Shown piece after piece: positions 42,771 through 49,297 of a DNA stretch of 64,000 bases. Origin of the DNA: Puniceicoccaceae bacterium (GTDB lineage: Bacteria; Verrucomicrobiota; Verrucomicrobiia; Opitutales; Coraliomargaritaceae). Position 1 is the stretch's first letter; every line of letters begins with the position of its first letter. The notes beneath the pieces are model-generated. The model saw nothing but the letters and a program-made list of their open reading frames with translations. It searched no databases and was not told the DNA's origin. The position numbers and the translations under genes were made by a program. The stretch spans positions 13,426 through 77,425 of the forward strand of contig JAKVCN010000009.1 in the NCBI GenBank assembly GCA_022448585.1. Reading direction: 5' to 3'.

Positions 42771-43715
42771 TCTATCGCCACTCAAATAAGAATTTTGATA
42801 CTATCTAATTATTATTCTCCGAAGATGTAATAAAAAGGTGAGGAGTGGGAACTCGCCACGTTCTCTTTCCTCGTTGCACTGGCATTAGGCGCCATCCCAT
42901 CCGTCGAATGATGTGGCTGCCAGTTCCCCGACGCTACGCTAGTTAGTAAGACGATTCTAACTAATAGGTCCCGTAGCGGGACCAGTAACTGATGTCACCA
43001 TCAGTAACTCTTGGGGTGAGACTTCTCTGCTTGCAACATAAATACTTGCTAATATTTACAATACAAACACGGCTTCTAAAAATACTGAGATTAATTTTAA
43101 GTAGCCTTAGCAAAAGGTCGGCACTGCTATAAAAGTCAGTCGTTTGCCTTATACCACGGGTCTTGTCTCTTATCCCGCAAGTTGCATTCAATTCTCAGGC
43201 GAACGATTCTGTTAAAACCTCCCGCTTATCGAATGTTATTACATAAAGAGCCCGCCAACGGCCGCCCGTTGTCACAACTTAATATGCTCAATTCACAGAG
43301 TTACGATTTTTTTTCCCCTAATTGGTTGCGAAACCTTTAGGATCGAGTGGTTGTATAATTGTCTTACCACTAAATAGTAACTCCATACTAGCTCACAGTA
43401 GCAACTATCGGTCTGAGACCGACTGTGTGTGTAATCATAAACAAATGAACCCTGTTATTGACTACATAACTCGGAGAGCAAGGGGTTCATGCTATAGCGA
43501 CAAATTATAAAAAGTGCTATTGCGAATGCTCACCGCCTACATCCATATCGTTAAACGCAGAAGGTAAACGAACCCTCTGTGAAAGTAGGTGACATGTGCC
43601 TACCTTATGCGCCACCAAAGTGTCGCTACAGTAGGAGCCGGGTACGCTAGTTCTGCCCGGCTATTTGTCTGAACTAATCAGACTTTATCGAGATAATGTG
43701 CGAGTAGTACAATTA
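42741..43715 (-). ncRNA. Candidate large (~0.95 kb) highly structured non-coding RNA of unknown family; 5' end approximate
   Basis: ORF-poor region carrying at least 15 near-perfect hairpins (listed in findings). G.U pairs occur only when read on the minus strand. A GUGA loop and a terminal intrinsic terminator fit that strand, and a TTGACA hexamer lies at 43740-43745 (minus). No canonical tmRNA, RNase P, 6S or group II signatures are complete. Confidence 0.4.
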
Positions 43716-43853
43716 AGTAACACTTACACAGATCGCTTCTGTCAAAGATCGTCTACCAGTAATGATAGGTTAGTTATAATCTTAATAATAATCATCGAGG
43801 TCAATAATTAATTTTATAAATTGCTGTTTGTTAATAATTTACGTAATTATTGT

Positions 43854-43926
43854 GAATAAGTTCGGAAACATATGTTTATCAGTATTTTATGTTGTTAATA
43901 AGTCGTTAATAAGTGTGAACTTATTC
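43854..43926. promoter_or_regulatory. Cluster of AATAAGT-core repeats (possible operator array) in the AT-rich spacer
   Basis: GAATAAGT at 43854-43861, tandem GTTAATAAGT at 43894-43903 and 43905-43914 (11-nt period), and inverted ACTTATTC at 43919-43926. Confidence 0.3.
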
Positions 43927-44266
43927 TTTTCACGAAAATAATTGATATTTATTAGGCATTTTTTGATTTTTTGTCCGTTATTTTTTGTATCTCATTACTT
44001 CTAAGTTCGATTAAAACAGACCATTGGTTCTTGCAGTTAAGATACTAGTTATAATTATATCTTTGGTTTATGAATAACCCCTTTCTATCGTATCATTATA
44101 GATGCTTTCTGGTATCGTTCATTCTGTTTTGAAAATTTACCCGAACATTGTTTTAGCTGAAAACTCAGCAGAATTTCTAGAATACTCGAGTCACGCACTC
44201 CTACATAAAGGTCTAGAACTTGGACTTATTGTCTTTCTGGGGAGTCTAAAAGTTGCCCTAAAATAA

Positions 44267-45070
44267 GTGAAGTATGCGCCTATAATCCTCCTTAGCCTCT
44301 CATGGCTAACGCCACTTACGTGGTCTTCTGAGTCAACTATAAAGCCTTACCGTTACGGAGACTTACTAATAAATGAGGAGACGGTTCTACCAGAGCCGAT
44401 GGATACCGATGGGCTTAGCCAGAAAGTAAGGGACACGCTAGAAAGCTATTACAGAAATAACCTTGGTGGTGCAAACAACTGGCAGAAAATAAAAAGCATG
44501 CGTGTTAAGGGTAAGTTAAATCTCCCTAATGGTAAATCCTATGAATTTGCTAATTATAAGAAGAAACCCGATTTTAATAAGTCTGTTGTGTATTTGGCTA
44601 ATAATCATAAAATTATTACTTGCTTCGATGGAGTCGAAGCTTGGCAAATTATGACTTTCGAGTCGGAAACTGCCAAGACAATGCCACAGGATGCTTCAGT
44701 AGATTTTATTCGTGATTCTTGGTTTGGTGGTCACTTACTTCGTCCGTTGCTTCCAGGTAAAACCATAGAGATACTTGAGGCTATTGAAATAGATGGTAAA
44801 ATATGTGTACAAGTTAAGGTTGTCCTGCCTAATCAGCAGTATTATCTATACGCCTTAGACTCTAATCGTTATCAAGTAGTCGAGGAGTCAGTTAAAGTTG
44901 ATGGCTCTAAGAGGCTAATTAAGCAATCCGATTTTAGGGTAGTATCGGGACTAATGATACCCTTTAGGAGTAAATTGTACACCGATGGCGTGCTTGTTCA
45001 GGAAATACTCATAGAAAGCGTGGTCGTAAACAAGGGAGTCATGCCTTGGATGTTCAAAAGACCTGAGTAA
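44267..45070 (+). CDS. Secreted hypothetical protein (possibly LolA-like beta-barrel fold)
   Basis: GTG start and signal peptide MKYAPIILLSLSWLTPLTWSSE. The sequence is beta-rich with no catalytic motif, so the fold assignment is only a guess. Confidence 0.55.
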   Translation: MKYAPIILLSLSWLTPLTWSSESTIKPYRYGDLLINEETVLPEPMDTDGLSQKVRDTLESYYRNNLGGANNWQKIKSMRVKGKLNLPNGKSYEFANYKKKPDFNKSVVYLANNHKIITCFDGVEAWQIMTFESETAKTMPQDASVDFIRDSWFGGHLLRPLLPGKTIEILEAIEIDGKICVQVKVVLPNQQYYLYALDSNRYQVVEESVKVDGSKRLIKQSDFRVVSGLMIPFRSKLYTDGVLVQEILIESVVVNKGVMPWMFKRPE

Positions 45071-45138
45071 GTGGTAACTGTAGGTGGAGGACTTGAACTC
45101 TCCCTTCTAATCTTCAGCAACTACTGCGCAACTTTCGT

Positions 45139-46164
45139 TTAAGATAAACTAATCCCTAGTTTTTCGATATCATTTTTTCGTACGATCCACCTCGAACGTA
45201 GCTCTTCTAGATGCCTGTTTCCTTCAGCTTTATTGATATGTCTTCGGCTAAACTCTAAACTTAAGGATGATGGAAGTGCATCACCTTTTTCGGTGTACGC
45301 AAAAGTTAAAAAGTTTAGTAGAGTGTTGTAGGAAGGAAACTTGGGAAAATCATTAGAAAAATTGGTTTTATACCAGAGCTTGAAGTGATTGGAAAGTTTG
45401 CCACTCCCGTCATCAAAAAAGCGTTCAGTGCTGTTTCCTGCTACAGAATAAGGATGGTATTTAAATAGTTCAGGATAATGTTCTGCCATCCAACTTGCTA
45501 CCATCCAGTATTCACTAAAGGTTTCGTGAGTTTCGACACTATCAATCATTATCTCCAGCCAGTGCTTGGAATTACCATGTTCAAGATGACTCAACAGCGA
45601 ATCTATAGCCGGTCGGTAAAACCACATATGGTGAGGAATAAATGTGGCTTCTGAATCATGTACAGGACTTACAGAAAGGAACTCATCTATCCATTGCTCC
45701 CAGAAAGAGACAATTTTCTTATTGAGCTTACTTTTGTGCTGTAAGAGTGCGTAGGCTGGGGAATTATTTATTTCTCCCCTCCATGCCTTTATTGGGATTA
45801 GATCGCTATCCCAAATAAGTGTCCAATCGCTGAGAGCAGGAAGCACACGAAGGCAGCCTAGCTTTAGTAATTGTTGATAAAACCAGCCAGGTTGGTACTG
45901 GTCGTTAATATTTTTAAGACGGTCGCAAATTAGTTTTTTACTTAGTTTATTATCAGCAAAAAAACTATTTTCGTCGTAGAAATAAACTGGCGCACAGTCC
46001 CACTTTTTTACATATTTTCCGAGTGTTTCTATTTCGCTAGGCAAAGTAGCGATATGTATAGACCTAGGACTGAAATGCTTTGAAATACCCTCTAATACCG
46101 ACCTTGTATGCCAACCACTCTCAAATAAAGGCATAAAAATAGTTTTAGTATTAGAAATTTGCAT
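45139..46164 (-). CDS. Hypothetical protein, possibly GT-A-like nucleotide-sugar transferase
   Basis: 341 aa, soluble, with a DxD-like motif in LIWDSDLIPIKAW. It starts 16 nt downstream of the cyclase gene on the same strand. No family could be assigned from memory. Confidence 0.55.
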   Translation of the reverse strand: MQISNTKTIFMPLFESGWHTRSVLEGISKHFSPRSIHIATLPSEIETLGKYVKKWDCAPVYFYDENSFFADNKLSKKLICDRLKNINDQYQPGWFYQQLLKLGCLRVLPALSDWTLIWDSDLIPIKAWRGEINNSPAYALLQHKSKLNKKIVSFWEQWIDEFLSVSPVHDSEATFIPHHMWFYRPAIDSLLSHLEHGNSKHWLEIMIDSVETHETFSEYWMVASWMAEHYPELFKYHPYSVAGNSTERFFDDGSGKLSNHFKLWYKTNFSNDFPKFPSYNTLLNFLTFAYTEKGDALPSSLSLEFSRRHINKAEGNRHLEELRSRWIVRKNDIEKLGISLS

Positions 46165-46180
46165 AAGCTAATGGGGGACT

Positions 46181-47896
46181 TTAAGAAGCTACGCCAACAA
46201 CACTAGGGTCTTCTAAACCAACGTCGCTGCATAGTGGTTCGATCCCAACTCCCTTTCTAGGATACAAATTACAAAATTTCTTGTACTCTAGTATAGAGTT
46301 TTTGAGTTCTTCACGACTTATATTATTTATATATCCGCACATACCCAGTGAGCCCTTTGGAACCGGTGCAGCTAGGTTTCCACCGCGTTTCTCCGTCATC
46401 TTTAATTGGGCAGACCAAAGTATTTCTGTATCTAGTAATATATCGTGCCAAATACTTAGGCCGAACAAAGTAATGATGTCTAGAAGGCGTAAAAATTCGT
46501 CCTTTTCAATCCATCCCTTTTGGTAGCTAAGGTATCCATTAAATCCCATTCCTACCGAAACTGCGTGCCCATGAAGCATACCGGAAGCAATTTCAAAGCC
46601 TGGAGACCATGTATGTCCAAATGCATGGGGACGACATTGATGCGTTTCGTATAAATTATCGTACTCACTTTCGACGTAGCTTTTAAGCGCTAATCCAAGA
46701 ATATTATTACAGATAACATCCACTTCTGTGCCCTGCTTGGTGTTTATTGTTCCAAAAGCTGTGTCAACAAGAGCAGGACCTACTTGTTCTAAAAGATCTA
46801 AGAGTTTAATGTCCTTTACTCCGCCCATTTTGATTATTTCGGCTACGCCGTGACGAATCCATCCTTTGTGGAGAGTTTTAAAGAATGTTTTATCTGTTAT
46901 AGATAAGATAGGAGCGTGATATGCACCAAAGAGATTTTTGTAACCATAACCATCAGAACATGTTCTAGGTGATGGCCCAGCATCAATTCCGCTAACAACG
47001 CTGGTGTTGAGCATAACGTAGGGTGTGTTACGGTGATAGAGAGCTGTGGCAAAGCCTGCTATATCTGCGAGAACGCCTCCACCAATTATTAATATGGGTT
47101 CGTCCCTAGAAGCTCCCAGAGCTTTTAACTCTGCGAGTATTTTTTCGACATTATTGATGTGTTTATCAACTTCCATCGCACGATGTACTTTGTAGTGCAA
47201 CTTAATGTTATGATGTTCGAAGTATTTTTGTATATCTACCTTATAATGTAAATCTACATTACTATCTACTAGCGCAATACACCTACGATGAGGAGCGTAG
47301 ATGCTTCGCAACAGAGGGTCTGCAATACCTAGTGCATTGTTTTGCACCCTAATACTAGTTGAAATAGTAGAAGAAATCACTCCATCTATGACTGTGTAGT
47401 CTTCGTTTGATACGATGTGTCCTTGAGATATTCTGTATGGAGATGTTGGGTAGACTACATGTGCGTCTTTTGATAAATATTTTTCTTCTAACAATTTAAA
47501 CTTATTCGCTAGTGGACCTTCTGCCACAATTAGGCGCATTTGCTTATCAAGTTCATTATCAAGTATTACTCTATCTGCGAGAAGAGACCACTGTACTGCA
47601 TCTTCCTTGCATACAATGTTTATAAATGAGGACAGCTCGTTCAAAAATTTTCCACAGCTGAGACTTAAAGCAGATTTAAGCTGTCGATAAGCATAAAGAG
47701 ATCGTACACTGTCGTTGTCTTCAAATTCTACAGCCAGCGATTCATCATAAACATTGAGTTGTGAAATTGTATCAATTAAACAGTAAAGAGCGGGTTTACC
47801 ACTGAGTTCTTTGATAGCAGCTTTCGTAGGTAAGTTTAAAAGTTCCGAGATATTGATGGAACACGTAAAAAATTGAGCGAGAGATGTAGGTGACAT
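46181..47896 (-). CDS. Dehydroquinate-synthase-like sugar phosphate cyclase with ~165 aa N-terminal extension
   Basis: NAD-binding IIGGGVLADIAGFATALYHR, KNLFGAYHAPILSITD (cf. KNLIGAFHQP of DHQS), and metal ligands GVAEIIKMG, HAFGHTW and LHGHAVSVGMGF. The phosphate-binding loop is atypical (GIDAGPSPRT rather than VDSSVGGKT). Confidence 0.8.
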   Translation of the reverse strand: MSPTSLAQFFTCSINISELLNLPTKAAIKELSGKPALYCLIDTISQLNVYDESLAVEFEDNDSVRSLYAYRQLKSALSLSCGKFLNELSSFINIVCKEDAVQWSLLADRVILDNELDKQMRLIVAEGPLANKFKLLEEKYLSKDAHVVYPTSPYRISQGHIVSNEDYTVIDGVISSTISTSIRVQNNALGIADPLLRSIYAPHRRCIALVDSNVDLHYKVDIQKYFEHHNIKLHYKVHRAMEVDKHINNVEKILAELKALGASRDEPILIIGGGVLADIAGFATALYHRNTPYVMLNTSVVSGIDAGPSPRTCSDGYGYKNLFGAYHAPILSITDKTFFKTLHKGWIRHGVAEIIKMGGVKDIKLLDLLEQVGPALVDTAFGTINTKQGTEVDVICNNILGLALKSYVESEYDNLYETHQCRPHAFGHTWSPGFEIASGMLHGHAVSVGMGFNGYLSYQKGWIEKDEFLRLLDIITLFGLSIWHDILLDTEILWSAQLKMTEKRGGNLAAPVPKGSLGMCGYINNISREELKNSILEYKKFCNLYPRKGVGIEPLCSDVGLEDPSVVGVAS

Positions 47897-48127
47897 AGTT
47901 ATATGACTTAATAGTGATGAACTATATATAGACTACGGCTTACTCGCTAAATGCAAATTTCTTGGGTAAAAATTTAAACAAAAAATGAGTCTACGCCTCA
48001 GTTTTAAAACTTTTAGTAGTTGATTTTTTACTGGTAAATATTTCCGTAAAGCATCGTGTAATTATTTCTAATGTTTTTTTTATTAGACCACTTAACAACT
48101 ACACTACAATATTTTCATAGGCTCATT

Positions 48128-48934
48128 ATGAAAAACTCAAAAACTTTTAGTGTATCTTTATTATGCTTTGCTTTAGTTAGTATTGCCCAAGGGGCAGTAA
48201 ATGTGCTCGTATCTGACAGTTTCAATCGAACGAATAACACAGATCTGAATGCCGATACTGCCGGCAAATCTGGTAGTCTGGGTACCGTTGACTGGAGTGA
48301 GATTTCTCATAAAGGTTCTCCAGAGGTAGTAAGTAATCTATTACAACTTGGAGAGCTGAGTGCTGCTGGTGGATGGTCAATCGCTTGGATGAATCACAAT
48401 TTCACGGATAGTGAGATCTACAATTCAGGTGAATTTACTGTCTCGGTGGATATAATCAATTTAGGAAGTACGGGGGGTACACGCTTCAGTGGTTTTGCGG
48501 TCGGAAATTCATTAAGTGATCTTTCCAATTGGTCTGCTAACAATCCTAGCGTTTTCACATCAGATTTTTTTATTGGCTATGACCCCACAGGCACTACTGA
48601 AGTTAAAGTTTTTCTCGGTGGAACGCAGGATTATCATCAGACTATTGACTTGGGTTCAGAAGCAAACCTCTCGGTGAGATTTCATAGTTTTTCTAATTTT
48701 AATGCAGGTACAAATGTGAACTACGAAGCCTCAATTAATGATAGCATTGTAAAAACAGGGGTTTTCTCTTGGTCAGGTACGAACGAAAATTACATCAACT
48801 TGTACTCGAATTATTCCTTACACACTGCTCGATTTGACGATTTTGAGGTCAGTGCCGTGCCTGAACCGTCCACTTATGCATTTCTTTTTGGAGCATGCAT
48901 CCTCGGTTACGCATTGTGGCGAAAAGGAAAGTAG
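48128..48934 (+). CDS. PEP-CTERM-anchored secreted protein
   Basis: Signal peptide MKNSKTFSVSLLCFALVSIAQG and C-terminal VPEPSTYAFLFGACILGYALWRKGK (PEP motif, TM helix, basic tail). The start was taken at the internal ATG 48128. Confidence 0.85.
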   Translation: MKNSKTFSVSLLCFALVSIAQGAVNVLVSDSFNRTNNTDLNADTAGKSGSLGTVDWSEISHKGSPEVVSNLLQLGELSAAGGWSIAWMNHNFTDSEIYNSGEFTVSVDIINLGSTGGTRFSGFAVGNSLSDLSNWSANNPSVFTSDFFIGYDPTGTTEVKVFLGGTQDYHQTIDLGSEANLSVRFHSFSNFNAGTNVNYEASINDSIVKTGVFSWSGTNENYINLYSNYSLHTARFDDFEVSAVPEPSTYAFLFGACILGYALWRKGK

Positions 48935-49131
48935 AATAAGTATTCTGAACTAGAGCGCCCTAAAGAATCTGTGATGTTTTTCATGTTTACCTCCTCGATA
49001 TGAAATACGAAGGGCTTGTAGGGTCACCTAGATCATTAGTTTAGGATCCAAACGAATTGCTACTTTCTGCAATAAAAAGCGTGTGGAAAGTGTGTGGTAA
49101 TTGAGTCTATTATAATCTAAGCCTCATTAAT

Positions 49132-49219
<88 letters not shown>

Positions 49220-49297
49220 AAAACAAAGTTAGACCTTAAGTCGTGAAATTATCGCCGTGTCAACTCTACGCTACCTACTGTAAAAATTTTTAGTTCT

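Noticed and set aside
42836-42930. tmRNA (ssrA), standard or permuted
   Set aside because: GGGG...AUUCGACGG resembles a tmRNA 5' end. However, there is no T-loop of the UUCGAAU type, no acceptor 3' strand with G3.U70 followed by ACCA, no tag ORF ending in a hydrophobic ..AA stop, and only ~95 nt between the putative ends.
42961-43191. 76-aa minus-strand ORF inside the gatB-downstream gap
   Set aside because: It has no motif and an odd, low-complexity composition. It runs straight through several perfect hairpins and overlaps the structured-RNA candidate, so it is most likely a chance ORF.
43306-43313. T8 run as a plus-strand terminator inside the gap
   Set aside because: No stable hairpin lies immediately upstream. 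The nearest helix ends ~35 nt away.
43322-43510. 62-aa plus-strand ORF inside the same gap
   Set aside because: It lies on the opposite strand to the other chance ORF, spans three stem-loops, and has no SD, signal or domain features. Treated as non-coding.
42841-43662. RNase P RNA (rnpB)
   Set aside because: Isolated echoes occur on the minus strand (CCAGUGCAAC, GAGGAAAG) and on the plus strand (GUGAAAGUAGGUG...GCGCCACC, CCCGGCUAU). They sit on different strands and in the wrong order, and the P4-forming GGAAAGUCCGG / ACAGAACCCGGCUUA pair is absent.
45085-45103. tRNA gene or pseudo-tRNA between the convergent genes at 45070/45139
   Set aside because: Only a T-arm-like segment (GGAGAGUUCAAGUCCUCC on the minus strand, with a bulge) is present. 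No acceptor, D or anticodon arms could be paired, so it is not a functional tRNA.
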